Below, piece after piece: positions 1 through 13,555 of a DNA stretch of 64,000 nt; the first letter of the stretch is position 1, and the number at the start of each line of letters is the position of its first letter. The position numbers and the translations under genes were made by a program. The notes beneath the pieces were generated by a model. That model did not search any database and was not told the origin of the DNA. It was given only the letters and a program-made list of their open reading frames with translations. Source of the stretch: Octopus sinensis (taxonomy: Eukaryota); the NCBI RefSeq assembly GCF_006345805.1, contig NC_043000.1:118978001-119042000 (forward strand), read 5' to 3'.

Positions 1-1072
<1,072 letters not shown>

Positions 1073-1136
1073 TACCATCCAACCCGTGCTAGCACGGAAA
1101 ACAGACGTTAAACGATGATGATTATGATGATGATAT

Positions 1137-1526
1137 ATGCTAGCATGGGTTGGACGATTTTGACTGAGGGCTGGCAAACCAGATGGCTGCACGAGGCTCC
1201 AATCTTGATCTGGCAGTTTCTACAGCTGGATGCCCTTCCTAACGCCAACCACTCTGAGAGTGTAGTGGGGGGCTTCTTCGTGCCACCAGCACTGGGCCAG
1301 TCAGGCGGTACTGGCAATGACCTCGCTCGAATCTTTTTACACATTCCACCAGCACAGGTGCCAGTAAGGCGACGTTGGTAATGATTACGTTCGAATGGTG
1401 CCTTTTTACGTGCCGCCAGCACAGAGCCAGTTGGCTGCTCTGGCAACGATCATGCTCGGATGGTGCTCTTGGCACCCTACTAGCACGGGCACAAGTGCCA
1501 GTAAGGCAACGCTGGTAACGATCACA
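1137..1526 (-). mobile_element. RTE LINE 3' UTR fragment
   Basis: Reverse complement of the RTE terminal block; preceded by a short + strand tail piece at about 1073-1135. Confidence 0.75.
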
Positions 1527-1706
1527 CATTGTGATTTTATTGTGACTTCATAGCAAAATCCAGACAAAAGAAGTTGCATTGATTTGTAATGGATTCAAAT
1601 TACATTTGTACATAAATCAGCGGTCAATGCAACTTCTTTTGTTTCTTAATCTTTCTTAATCCTTTCCTTCAAACATTCAAAATCAACAGAGGTGACCGTC
1701 ATGTAT

Positions 1707-1915
1707 ACTCTTTTACTCTTTTACTTGTTTCAGTCATGTGACTGGCCATACTGGAGTACTGCGTTTAGTCAAGCAACTTGACTCCAGGACTTATTCTTTT
1801 TAAGCCTAGTACTTATTCTATCTCGCCTCTTTTGCTGAACCACTAAGTTACAGGGACGTAAACACACCAGCATCAGTTGTCAAGCGATGTTGGTGGAGAC
1901 AAACACAGACACACA

Positions 1916-1959
<44 letters not shown>

Positions 1960-2117
1960 CGATGGGCTTCTTTCAGTTTCCGTCTACCAAATCCACTCAC
2001 AAGGCTTTGGTCAGCCCGAGGCTATAGTAGAAGACACTTACCCAAAGTGTCACGCAGTGAGACTGAACCTAGAACCATGTGGTTCATAAGCAAGCTACTT
2101 ACCACACAGCCACTCCT
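1707..2117 (-). mobile_element. tRNA-derived SINE, family 2 (CR1-type tail)
   Basis: Reverse complement of aggagtggctgtgtggtaagtagcttgc head with A/B boxes, internal (CA)/(TA) tract, (gagtaaaa)n tail; homologous to 5837-6275. Confidence 0.85.
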
Positions 2118-2119
2118 AC

Positions 2120-2410
2120 ATCTTTTGCGTAAATTTGTAGGTGAATATCCTAATGCACCTATGATGATAAGTACAAATGGTAATTTATATTCAGGGCACA
2201 AGAGCTGTAAGTTCCACATTAATTCACCATAAATGTTCACCTTTTCCTGGACCTTTGATTGAACATCCACATCCACTGGGCAGCTGATTTCTGCAAGAGT
2301 GCATGACTTTTGTTCCCTGCCCCACAGAACAATATCAGGTCTCTAATGTTTGCACTGAATCACAGTTTTTATTAGAGTGTCCCACCAGCATTCCTTGTTT
2401 TTAAATGTGT
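2120..2410 (-). pseudogene. Restriction-like endonuclease (RLE) fragment of an R4/R2-group non-LTR retrotransposon
   Basis: Minus strand translates WWDTLIKTVIQCKH*RPDIVLWGREQKSCTLAEISCPVDVDVQSKVQEKVNIYGEL, a PD..E..K-type RLE motif. Confidence 0.7.
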
Positions 2411-2424
2411 GAACACTTGTTGTA

Positions 2425-2765
2425 ATTACTTACTTGTACTTGTGGTGACATTCACCCTGGGCGGGTTGAGTCAGCTTCTTCTACCACCCTCGAGGCATCT
2501 CAAACCATGGCAGCCATGCACGATGGTCCTACGCCAGTTCACTGGAGATAGCGAGCCAGTCACAGTTCCATCAGCGCAGGCTGACCACCTGCGGACCCGT
2601 GAGCATGGAGAGGTCCTCCTTGATCGTCGTAGCCCAGGTTTTCAGCTGCCCTCCCGCGCGTTTCCACCAGTTGGGAAGTGGAGTTGGGAGGAGGACATCA
2701 TGGCTCAGTTCTGTTGGTTCTGACATGGCTTTGATGTATTCATCAGGATAATCCTTCCTGCAGAT
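2425..2765 (-). mobile_element. RTE-type LINE C-terminal/3' end remnant
   Basis: Minus strand WWKRAGGQLKTWATTIKEDL resembles the RTE C-terminal RRGG..KTW..K.DL motif; ends in acaagtacaagtaagta repeats. Confidence 0.6.
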
Positions 2766-2841
2766 AGCATTATAAACAAGTTAAAGATAAAGGTTAAAAG
2801 CTATAGATTTGAATTACTAACTCTGTCTTTTTACTTTTTAG

Positions 2842-2895
2842 AATGGAACACTGAAAATCATTGACCGCAAAAAGAACATATTTAAACTTTCACAG
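2842..2895 (+). CDS. ACSL: Long-chain acyl-CoA synthetase, internal exon (NGTLKIIDRKKNIFKLSQ)
   Basis: ttttag acceptor, gtagg donor, phase 0; diagnostic ACSL motif G.LKIIDRKK.IFKL.QGEY. Confidence 0.95.
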
Positions 2896-3157
2896 GTAGG
2901 TTCAAATTTAATTAATGTATAAAGAATTGCACAGTTACATGTGGCATTTACCCAAAGATAACCTTTTTTTAAATACTGCACATCCATGAGAGATGTTATC
3001 TCTGAAGAAATACCACAGTAACTTGCCTGTCATCTGTATATATATATATATATATACATTAAGTATGATACACAAATGGCTGTTTTGATTTAAATATTTT
3101 TTTTAATAAATTATAATAAAGTATTGATGTTTTTTTTTTTAATTTCTGTTATTCTAG

Positions 3158-3247
3158 GGTGAATATATTGCACCTGAAAAGATTGAAAATATTTACTTAT
3201 TATGTCCATTAATATCCCAAATCTTTGTGGCTGGTGACAGTTTACAG
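3158..3247 (+). CDS. ACSL: ACSL exon ([30 protein letters not shown])
   Basis: ttctag acceptor, gtaag donor, phase 0, continues the previous exon in frame. Confidence 0.95.
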
Positions 3248-3349
3248 GTAAGTTCTTTTACAAAGAATGTTTTTGCATTAAAATTAAACTTGATGTTAAC
3301 AATGTTGTTATTAAAGTATTGTAAACTGTTGAAGTTGTACGACACTAAG

Positions 3350-3940
3350 AAGGTGGCGAGCTGGCAGAAACATTAGCACGCTGGGCAAAATGTGTAGCCG
3401 TATTTTGTCTTCCGTTACGGTCTGAGTTCAAATTCTGCTGAGGTCAACTTTGCCTTTCATCCTTTCGGGGTTGATAAATTAAGTACCATCATCATCATTG
3501 TTCAACCATGGTCGAGACAATGGAATTTACCATGCTATGCCAGACTTCACAGTCCATCATAGCATTACAGAGGTCCTGTTGCTGGATGCCTGTATCCCTG
3601 GAGATTACATCAGGGTAGGAGAGTGTGCGCCCTCTGGTATTGCAAGCAGATGTCTTCCAGAGAAGAAGAGTAGAAATTACCTCATTTTCAACTCTACAAC
3701 AATGTCCAGCAAACTGGACTCTTCTACCTTTCACAAGAGATGATACAGGTGGTAGTTTCCCATATATTTGCATTTTGGTTGTATGACGCTTCCACGAGAG
3801 ATTTTGAGCTCTCATAAGGAGGCGAGTGTAGGTTCCATCCAACCCAGTTATGCACTGGGGTCGATGTATTCAATTTAATTCATTTGTCTGTTCTTGTTTG
3901 TCTCCTCTATCTTTAGCCCCTTGTGGGTAATAAAGAAACA
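3350..3940 (+). mobile_element. tRNA-derived SINE, family 1 (Tx1-type tail), split by an RTE insertion
   Basis: Head ggtggcgagctggcagaaac, B box gagttcaaattc; body interrupted at about 3488-3843; tail ccccttgtgggtaataaagaaa. Confidence 0.8.
3488..3843 (-). mobile_element. 5'-truncated RTE LINE 3' end with (GAT)n tail nested in a SINE
   Basis: ORF 3495-3842: DGTYTRLLMRAQNLSWKRH...RRVQFAGHCCR is an RTE C-terminus. Confidence 0.8.
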
Positions 3941-4210
3941 GTCATAGATGCTTGGGTCAATAGATTCTCAGAAATCCAAATTAGAGACAAATGCTTCATG
4001 CCTTATCTTTGTAGTGTTCATAGACAAAACCTTCAATCCTTGTTTATTCTAAATATCATACTATAAACAAATATTAAAGTAATGTATACCTTAAGGTGAC
4101 GAGCAGGCAGAATTATTTAATTGGCAGGTAAAATGCTTAGAGGCATTTCGTCTGTCTTAATATTCTGAGTTCAAATTCCACTGAGATTGATTTTTGCTTT
4201 TTATTCCTTC

Positions 4211-5010
4211 CATCATCATCATCATCATCTTTTAACATCCGCTTTCCATGCTGGCATGGGTTCGATGGTTTGATTGAAGGCTGGAGAGCCAGAAGGCTGC
4301 AACAGTCCCCAATCTGATCTGGTAATGTTTCTACAGCTAGATGTCCTTCCTAATGCCAACCACTCCGAGAGTGTAGTGGGTGCCTTTTACATGCTACTAG
4401 CACAGGAGCTAGTCAGGCGGTCCTGGCATCAGTCACATTCAGATAGTGCTTTTTACATGCCACTGACACAGGAACATGTCAGGGAGTACTGGCATCAGCC
4501 ACATACAGACAGTGCTTTCTATGTGCCACCAGCACAGGAGCCAGTCAGGTGGACCTGGCAGCGACCACATTTGGATGGTGTATTTTACATGCCTCTGGCA
4601 TGGGAGTCAGTCAGGGGACAGTGGCATCAACCACTATCATATGATGCATTTTACATGCCACTGGAACAGGAGCAAGTCAGGGGGCACTGGCCACAGCTAT
4701 GATTTTGGTTTTACTTGGCTCAACTGGTCTTCTCAAGCATATCATATTGCCTGACACATCAGGGGTACTCTTAAATGGGCCGGACATGCAACACTGGCAT
4801 TGGCCATGACTGAATTACAGCATGTATATATAATTCACCCTGTTTTAGTTTTCTTTTGTTTTGGTCTTTTATGAGTCCTTGGGCTCGTGGTGGGTGCTTT
4901 TTAGGTGCCACCAGCACGGGGCCAGTCAGGCGGTACTAGCAATGACCTCACTTGAATCTTTTTACACATGCCACCGGCACAGTAAGGCGACGTTGGTAAC
5001 GATCACACTT
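4211..5010 (-). mobile_element. RTE LINE 3' UTR fragment
   Basis: catcatcatc tail followed by the reverse complement of the terminal block and tandem units. Confidence 0.75.
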
Positions 5011-5665
5011 GAATGGTACCCTTTTACTCAAATGGTATAAAGCAATTAGCCAAGCAATTGGTTGGTTTACCGGTTAATTAGTTGTCTAATTAGCTGACTA
5101 GCTGACTAATAATATTCTTGTTAATTTTGACACATGGTCAGTTGTTTTGAGGAGGGGGAGAGAAGTTGATTACATTGACTAATACTTATTTGATAAGTCA
5201 CAGAAGGATGACAGGCAAAGTCAATCTCGGTGGAGTTTGAACTCAAATCTTAAAAAGTGCAAAGAAATTTTGCTAAGCAGTTTGTCCAGTTCACCACTTT
5301 TCTAGTTAATTCATAATATTAAAAGAATTGAAATGTAATCAGTGCACGTGTTTTCATTGGCAAAATGATCTACCCAAGGACCAACAACAATATATCTTTC
5401 AGAACATGATTTCACAAAATGCTATATTAAAAAACTTTATACGCAAAAAAACTTTCTGAACATTTTCTATTGAATGCCATGGAACAGAAGTAATATAACA
5501 ATGAGATAAATCTATGATCATGGTTCAATTCCCATTGAAGTAGATTCACTTTACTAACATTACCAATTCTCTTATGAAAGCTGAATCTTAAATCCATCTC
5601 CACTATAAATTTAGTGTTTGCTTCAATTTTAAATCTTCATAATTTTTGTATTGCATTTTTTTCAG

Positions 5666-5767
5666 TCCTACATTGTCGCCATAGTTGTTCCAAATGATGA
5701 GAACTTACTTGAACTAGCAAAGCTGAAAGGAATAGAAGGAACATATGAAGAACTCTGTGACAACAAG
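5666..5767 (+). CDS. ACSL: ACSL exon (SYIVAIVVPNDENLLELAKLKGIEGTYEELCDNK)
   Basis: tttcag acceptor, gtaaat donor, phase 0; matches ACSL LVAIVVP...EELC.N motif. Confidence 0.93.
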
Positions 5768-5836
5768 GTAAATTAATATCTTCGTCTTAACCCTTTACCT
5801 GTCCATAGTATTTTCACAATTTTATCTTAAATAGCC

Positions 5837-5991
5837 AGGAGTGGCTGTGTGGTAAGTAGCTTGCTTACCGACCACATGGTTCCGGGGTCAGTCCCACTGC
5901 GTGGCATCTTGGGCAAGTGTCTTCTACTATAGCCTCGGGCCGACCAAAGCCTTGTGAGTGGATTTGGTAGACGGAAACTGAAAGAAGCCCG

Positions 5992-6032
<41 letters not shown>

Positions 6033-6275
6033 TATATATGTGTGTGTGTGTACATGTTTGTGAGTCTGTGTTTGTCCCCCTAGCATTGCTTGACAACCAA
6101 TGCTGGTGTGTTTACATTTCCCGTAACTTAGCGGTTCGGCAAAAGAGACCGGCAGAATAAGTACTGGGCTTACAAAGAATAAGTCCCGGGGTCGATTTGC
6201 TTGACTAAAGGCGGTGCTCCAGCATGGTCGCAGTCAAAGGACTGAAACAAGTAAAAGAGTAAAGAGTAAAGAGAG
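5837..6275 (+). mobile_element. tRNA-derived SINE, family 2, full length
   Basis: A box tggctgtgtgg, degenerate B box, internal (TA)(TG) tract, tail gtgctccagcatgg..cagtcaaaggactgaaacaagtaaaagagtaaagag. Confidence 0.85.
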
Positions 6276-6319
6276 AGAACCATGTTTGTTTTCAAACTTT
6301 TAGTTAGCCATTGTTTCTT

Positions 6320-6545
6320 TTCGCTCTTTTTGACGTTTCAGTCATTTGACTGCAGCCATGATGGAGCACTGCATTTAGTCAAACAAATTGACCTCAGGAC
6401 TTATTTTCTGTAAGCCTAGTACCTATTCTATCGGTCTCTTTTGCCGAATTCACCAAGTTTCATAAACACACCAATATTGGTTGTCAAGCGATGGCAGGGA
6501 GACAAACATAGACGCAAAGACACAAACATATATATATACATACGC

Positions 6546-6634
<89 letters not shown>

Positions 6635-6668
6635 CATGTTTGTTTGTGTGTGTGTGTGTGTGTGTGTG
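6320..6668 (-). mobile_element. SINE family 2, 5'-truncated, inverted relative to 5837-6275
   Basis: Reverse complement of the SINE tail and body up to the internal microsatellite. Confidence 0.8.
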
Positions 6669-6669
6669 T

Positions 6670-7335
6670 CATCATCATTTAACGTCCACTTTCCATCTTA
6701 GCATGAGTTGGACAATTTGACTGAGGTCTGGTGAACCAGATGGCTGCACCAGACTTCTATCTGATCTGGCAGAGTTTCTACAGCTGGATGCCCTTCCTAG
6801 CGCCAACCACTGCGAGAGTGTAGTGGGTGCTTTTGCATGCCACTGGTACAAGGGCCACTCAGGCAGTACTGGCAGCGGTCATGCTCAAATGGTGCTTTTT
6901 GTGCCACTTGCACAGGAACCAGTCCAGCGGCACTGACAACGACTTCACTCAAATGTTTTTCTCATGTGCCACCAGCACAAGTGCCCATAAGGCAATGCAG
7001 GTAACGATCACGCTCAAATGGTACTTTTTATGTGCTATCAGCACAGAGGCCAGCTTGTTGCTCTGGTAACAATCATGCTCATATGGTACTCTTAGTGCTC
7101 CACTAGCACAGATGCCAGTCATCAAATTTGATTTTGTTTCTGATTCTGATTCCAATCCCACTTGCCTCAACAGGTCTTCGCAAGCAGAGTTTAGTGTCTA
7201 ATGAAGGAAAGGTATGCATAAGTGGGCTGGTTACACCCTTGGCCTAGGCCACAAAGTTATGGTCTCACTTGAGCTTACCGAGTCTTCTCAAGTACAGCAT
7301 ATTTCCAAAGGTCCCAGTCACTAGTCATTGCCACA

Positions 7336-7340
<5 letters not shown>
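6670..7340 (-). mobile_element. RTE LINE 3' UTR fragment
   Basis: Reverse complement of the terminal block and tandem units. Confidence 0.75.
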
Positions 7341-7376
<36 letters not shown>

Positions 7377-7931
7377 AAAGAGGGAGTGGTGTTTCCATGA
7401 AGGAAAAAAATATAGGAAAATGTGTTGCTGAAAATGCACTTAAAAATGCACTTAAATTTCAACAATATTTTTTGTTTATCAATGGTAAGAATGTAAAATT
7501 AGAAAAAACATCGTTATAAGTTTCAATGTCGACAGATCAAAATATTTCAATGTTGACTAACTAAAATGTTTCAATGTTGATAAATTAAAATGTTTCAATG
7601 TTGATAAATTATCATGTTCAAAACAGGTGTAAGTTTGAAATTAAAACTGTATATTAATTTGATAGAATGTACAAGGTTCATTAATTTCAGTGGTAGTCGA
7701 CAAGCCATACTGAAAAGAACAAGTGTGAGAATTAAAATAGTAAAAAAAGGAACCTAGGTTTATGGTTTCTCAGATCTTCTTTAAACAGTTGCTTTCACTT
7801 GTAATGGTATGTTTAGGGAAAGATGTATCTATAAGTTTTTTTCCTGCGAGTGGATCTGATTTTGATTCGTTAAAAAATTGATGACGTTATTCTTCTTTGG
7901 TCAAGCTTGTCATTCTGTAAAAGAGTAAAAG

Positions 7932-8609
7932 AGTCAAGATGAAGAGTGCAATTCGATTGTAATAGATATTTTATTGGTTGAATGATATTTCAATAGTAAG
8001 TCTGTCTTTGTCAAGTTCAAAGTAAGAAGTGATAAAAATTCAAAATTACAGAAATTTAAGCGTAAAGTATGAACGAGAGCAAGTAGCATCCACGCGTTTT
8101 GGAATGACATCATCAGTTTTTAAGTCTTTAACAGGTGAAAAGAAAAAAAACAGAAAAAAGAAGACGACAGAAAAAGGAAAGAAAAAGAGAGAAAGAAGAA
8201 TATTTAATCAAACAGCTTTGTATAAATTTGATGATATTCTCCTGTCATCTTATTCATTCCTCCAGGGCGTGATGCTAATAACCTGCAAACATATTTCTCC
8301 TCATACATTCTGAGAAGTGAAAGCGAAGTAGATTCAGAATATTTTCTGAGAATATGCACCTTCAAGTCTTCTTCAAAATTGCAGCTGCTTGAAACGAAAT
8401 GTTCAGCAAGTTCTGTCAAACTACTGTTATTGTCATTCCATCAATGTGTGGATGCTGGTTGCTCTCGTTCATACTTTACATTTAAATTTCTATAATTTTG
8501 AATTTTTATCACTTCTTATTTTGAACTTGACAAAGACAGACTTACTGTTGAAATATCATTAAACGAATAAAATATTTATTACAATCAAATTACACTCTTC
8601 ATCTTGACT
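7932..8609 (-). mobile_element. Penelope-like element remnant: GIY-YIG C-terminal fragment flanked by about 185-bp inverted repeats
   Basis: ORF 8204-8419 LAEHF...DLKVHIL...EEKYVCRLL..PGGMN matches the PLE endonuclease C-terminus; 7932-8115 is the diverged reverse complement of about 8425-8609. Confidence 0.7.
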
Positions 8610-8639
8610 GTTTACCTTTGTGAAGATTATGTCAATCCT

Positions 8640-9445
8640 TTTAAAAATATTATTATTATTATTATTATTATTCTATGTTTGACTTTTGCTTTACATTTGC
8701 ACAAGCTGGCTCCAAATCTCACCCAGAGACCTCAAGAGCCAACAAGTTGGAAGTTTGTGTTGGTGTTATGCCTAGGGTGCCATATATTTGGTTTTGTATT
8801 TAGTGTTATACTAGTGAATGTCTAAAAAAACCATACGAAAATTATGTTTGTTTTAAAACTTGAGATTACATAGAATTATTATTATCATTATTATTGAGTG
8901 AGAGTGCAGTGCATGCCATCAAAGTGACACTGGGGTAAAATATGTGAAGCCCAGTATACCCATCGTGACTACCCGTCTGATAAGGGCACACCAGGCACAT
9001 GCATCACAACTATATGTGTGCGACTTGGTGATCTCATATCAAGATAAACAGCACATGAGCTTGCAGGTGGGGCCCAGTTAGAATTTTCTTTTGGTTGAGT
9101 AGCCCATCCCACTCAAAAGGTCCCTGAATAAGGATTGTTTAAGGATGTTGAACGAACCACCCATGTTTCCAAAGATGAATTATCCAAACCTCTAAGAATT
9201 CCTTTCAACACACGGCTATGATGCTCCCCCACTACTTCTGCTCATGATCAGAGATGCACATATCATCAACCACTAAGGGACATGGTCAACTGGTTAAGGT
9301 GAAACAACTGACAAGCAAATCTGTGGTATTGAGCAGAATATTTGCTGTAGTCCATCTTTTATACCAAGACAAAACAATGTACATGATAACACTTCCAATC
9401 AGGTAAGATCAGAGGCCATGAGAGCCACTGCCTGATACTGCATCA
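8640..9445 (-). mobile_element. Two non-LTR retrotransposon 3' ends with (TAA)n tails (probably R4/Dong-like)
   Basis: (TTA)n tracts at about 8650-8672 and 8876-8895 followed by non-coding repeat-like sequence; clade assignment is from tail type only. Confidence 0.4.
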
Positions 9446-9475
9446 GAGCAATTATTATTACTATTATTATTATTA

Positions 9476-9525
<50 letters not shown>

Positions 9526-9555
9526 TATTTTTTTATTTTTTTATTTTTTTGCTAG

Positions 9556-9627
9556 GAAATAAAGAACATTATTTTGACCGATATTCAAGAAATAGGTAAA
9601 AAACATGATTTGAAAGGTTTTGAACAG
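9556..9627 (+). CDS. ACSL: ACSL exon (EIKNIILTDIQEIGKKHDLKGFEQ)
   Basis: gctag acceptor after a T-rich tract, gtacg donor, phase 0; ACSL motif L..FEQ. Confidence 0.93.
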
Positions 9628-10144
9628 GTACGTACTTTCTCAGTTAATAGTTAGAGTACATACTGTGAGCATCATCATTGCCATCAACATCACTATCATC
9701 ATCACCATCATCATTTAACGTCTGTTTTCCATGCTGGCATGGGTTAGACTGTTTGACAGGTGTTGTCAAATCAGAAGACTGCACCAGGCTTTGCTGCCTG
9801 TTTTGACATGGTTTTTTTTATGGTTGGATGTCCTTCCTAACATCAACCACCTTGTGGAGTGGACCAAGGGATTTTTACATGGCACTAGCACCAGCGAGGT
9901 CTGTTTTGGCAGCTCCACTGATTTGCGTACCCATAACAAAGTATTTTTTAGGGAGATTCAGTACGACACAGAATGTGACCGGGCTGGCTCTTTGAATTAC
10001 AGGTACAATTCATTTCTACCAGCTGGGTGGATTGGAGCAATAAAAAAAAATAAAGTGCCTTGCTCAAGGAATAGAACTCATGACCTTGCAGCCATGAACC
10101 AGATACACTAACCACTAAGCCATGTACCTTATATTTGAGTGTAA

Positions 10145-10880
10145 GTGGGGTGTAAGGATGTGTGTGTGTGTGTGTGTGTCTTTGTATCTATGTGTGTATG
10201 TGTTTTTGTGTGTGTGAGTGTGTGTGTGTGTCTTTGTGTGTGTGTGTGTCTTTGTGTGTATGTGTGTATGTGTTTTTGTGTGTGTGAGTGTGTGTGTGTG
10301 TCTTTGTGTCTTTGTGTCTGTGTCTGTATGTGTGTGTATGTCTTTGTGTGTATGTGTTTTTGTGTGTGTGAGTGTGTGTGTGTCTTTGTGTGTTTATGTG
10401 TGTGTCTTTGTGTGTTTATGTGTGTGTCTTTGTGTCTTTGTGTGTGCGTATGTCTTTGTGTGTATGCGTGTATGTGTTTTTGTGTGTGTGAGTGTGTGTG
10501 TGTCTTTGTGTGTTTATGTGTGAGTGAGTGTGTGTGTGTGTCTTTGTGTGTTTTGTGTGTGTGTGTGTGTGTGTCTTTGTGTCTTTGTGTGTGTGTCTGT
10601 GTGTGTGTGTCTGTGTGTGTTTATGTGTGTGTCTTTGTGTCTTTGTGTGTGTGTGTGTGTGTGTGTGTCTGTGCTTGTCCCCCACCACCGCTTGACAACT
10701 GGTATTGGTGTGTTTACATCCTCCATAACCTAGCAGTTCAGTAAAAGAGACTAACAGAATAAAGAACAGGTTTTAAAAAGAAAATAAGTCCTGAGGTTGA
10801 TTCGTTCAACTAAAAATCTTCAATGTGGTGCCCCAGCATGGTCGTAGTCTGATGGCTGAAACAACTAAGTGGTACAAGAT
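10145..10880 (+). mobile_element. SINE family 2 with a greatly expanded degenerate (GT)n interior
   Basis: About 530-bp GT/GTCTTT tract followed by SINE body and tail gtggtgccccagcatgg...ctgaaac. Confidence 0.75.
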
Positions 10881-11377
10881 AAAAGAAGAAATTAGATTAT
10901 GCTACATCATTAACATTACAATAACATAACGTTAATGTTACGTTACATTAACATAACATTAACATTACATTAACATTCATTAGCATTACATTAACATTCA
11001 TTAACATTCATTAACATTACATTAACATAACATCAACATAACTAAGCAGGGTGTCTAGCTTGCTAACGGTTCTTTCAGCTTGCCATCTTCATCATCATCA
11101 TCCTTATGCTAGCATGGGTGGGATGGTTTGACAGGAGCTGGCCAGGTAGAAGCCTACACTAAACTTCTGTGACTATTTTAGCAGGATTTTTACAGCTGGA
11201 TGCCCTTTCTAACACCAACCACACCACAGAGTGGACTGGATGCTGTTTAAGTGGTATCTGCATTGACAGGGTCTCCCAAGTACCTTGCAAGACTAAAAGA
11301 GAAAGACAAATCTTTTGAGAGGCGAGGGGGCATTAAAGGAGGTGATGTTGTGTCAGATGATGAAAGCTTATAGTGAT

Positions 11378-11795
11378 AAGGTGGCAAGCTGGCAGAAACG
11401 TTAGCACGCCTGGTGAAATGCTTAGTGGTATTTCGTCTGCTGTTACGTTCTGAGTTCAAATTCCGCTGAGGTCGACTTTGCCTTTCATCCTTTCGGGGTC
11501 GATTAAATAAGTACCAGTTATGCACTGGGGTCGATTTAATCAACTTAATCCATTTGTCTGTCCTTGCTTGTCCCCTCTGTGTTTAGTCCCTTGTGGGTAG
11601 TAGAGAAATAGGTATTTCGTTTGCTGTTACGTTATGAGTTCAAATTCCGCTGAGGTCGACTTTGCCTTTCATCCTTTCGGGGTCGATTAAATAAGTACCA
11701 GTTATGCACTGGGGTCGATTTAATCAACTTAATCCATTTGTCTGTCCTTGTTTGTCCCCTCTGTGTGTAGCTCCTTGTGGATAGTAAAGAAATAG
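11378..11795 (+). mobile_element. SINE family 1 with tandem duplication of its 3' body
   Basis: Head at 11378; the body from ggtatttcgt to gaaatag is repeated twice (about 11427-11610 and 11611-11795). Confidence 0.85.
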
Positions 11796-12659
11796 AAAGC
11801 TTATAGTGATACAGAGAGACAGAAACAGGTGTCTTGTTGTGACCAGTGAGAGAGAAAGAGATCAGGAATGAAATCTGAAACATGCGTGCTGCCACAAAGG
11901 AGATACATGGGTACCCAACCTGAGGGAAGTGCAAGAGAAACAGAGAGAGTGGGAGACAGCAGGATAGAGGTGGTGGCAAAGTGCCTGGCATACTCACAAG
12001 GGACAGGGATCAGAATATAAAAGGGATGGTTGAGTAAAGGAAGAGAGAGATATAGATGGTGGCAAGTGCCAGGGCATACCCTTGAGGTATACCATGGCAC
12101 TTGCCACCATCTATATAAATATAAGTAGCAGGATATTGCAAGAAGTGTAATTAGAGAGTGCAGAGCAGGTGGGGGAAAGTGAGTGGTGAAAACCAGGATT
12201 TATATAGAGTGTAAGGGTGGGGGCTACTGGATAACAATGACACAGAGAAACCAGTCTATGAAAACAGGATTGGGGAGTGAGAGGTAGGCATAGATTATGA
12301 AGGGGGAAATGTGAGGAAGAGAAGAGGTGTAGATTGGTTTGTTGGAGTAGGGTGTGTGGAAAGTTTTCTTGTGTGGTTGGAACACATAGGTCAGGTCTAG
12401 CAGAGAGCAATGATACAGTGAGACAGGGCCAAAGGGACAGGATTAGGGAGTGGAAGGTAAGCATAGAGCATGGAGTGGAAATGCAGGGAAGAGAAGAGAT
12501 GCAGAGATGTAGTTTGGTTTCTTGTAGTTTGGTTTCTTGTGTGTGAGAAGTTTTCTTGTCAAGTGTGGGTGGGACACACGGCACTTCTAGAACTCAATTT
12601 CACTGACATGAGCAGATCTTCTCAAGAACTTCATATCGTCAGATATCTTGGTTTATTGT

Positions 12660-13060
12660 CATTTCCTCTGTGAGGCCCAACATCCTGGGATTTCTCCTCA
12701 CCACTTCATCCGATGTCTTCTTGGGTCTCCCCTCTTCTGCAGGTACCATCCACTTTCAGTGATTGGCACTTCTTTATGCAGCTTTCCTCATTCATATGCG
12801 TCACATGTCCAAACCAATGTAGTCTTCTCTCTTGCATGCTACATTTGGCTCCTCTTACACACAACTTTTCTCTCAATACATTTGCACTTTGTCATACATG
12901 CACACTGATGTTGCACAGCCAATGGAGCATACGACCTTCATTTCACTCCAGTCTGTGCATATCTTCTGCATTCAGAGCCCATGTCTCACTACCATGGAAT
13001 ATAGCCATTCATGCACAAACATCATACAGTCTACTTTTCACTCTGAGAGAGAGTCTTTTG
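12660..13060 (-). pseudogene. Degenerate RTE ORF C-terminus
   Basis: Reverse complement aligns by eye to the RTE coding region at about 58420-58830 (RVKSRLYD..HGSETW..LRWFGHV). Confidence 0.7.
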
Positions 13061-13340
13061 TTGCCAATGATGATGATGATGACTGGATTACCATACAGTA
13101 GTGAGCTGGCAGAACTGTTACTGCACTGGGAAAAAATACTTTGTGGCATTTCTTCCGCTTTTACATTCTGAGTTCAAATGCCACCCGGGTCGACTTTGCC
13201 TTTTATCCTTTTAAGGTTAATAAAATATAGTATGTAATCGACTAGTCCCCTTCCCAGAAATTGCAGGCCTTGTGCCAAAAATTGTAATCAAATATTAAAT
13301 TAACTTTACATTGCATTAACTCTACATAACTTTGTATCTT

Positions 13341-13555
13341 GCTACATGGAAGGTGTTTATAAGCCATTTGAGAAACGCACAAAAACCGTTAGATTCACTT
13401 CAACATTTAAATTTAATTTGTCAAAATATTTTCGTCACTTTGAAACTGCGACCTGTTCACTGACAAAACTTCGTGCTGCATCTTAAATGGCTTATAAACA
13501 CCTTCCACGCTGCAATTATTTTCGTTCCAGCACACGATCTCAGATCAAGTCACTC
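13341..13555 (-). mobile_element. Short non-autonomous insertion with 12-bp TSD, internal 23-bp inverted repeat and hammerhead-like motif
   Basis: TSD actttgtatctt at 13329-13340 and 13556-13567; perfect IR 13347-13369 / 13485-13507. Confidence 0.8.
13417..13467 (-). ncRNA. Type I hammerhead ribozyme-like motif with G3-C8 core variant
   Basis: UUUGUCA-GUGAACA-G-GUCGC(aguuucaaa)GUGAC-GAA-AAUAUU-U-UGACAAA: 7-bp stem I, 5-bp stem II, palindromic stem III. Confidence 0.65.

Noticed and set aside
5837-5910. tRNA gene (also at 3350 and 11378)
   Set aside because: A/B boxes are present but no cloverleaf could be folded, and the sequence continues into SINE bodies
7540-7615. Three short aaaatgtttcaatgttga repeats as regulatory repeats
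   Set aside because: A small local tandem duplication in AT-rich intron with no supporting context
8105-8125. Minus-strand CUGAUGA in the PLE remnant as a further hammerhead
   Set aside because: Could not find a GAAA with compatible stems I and III; at best a decayed half
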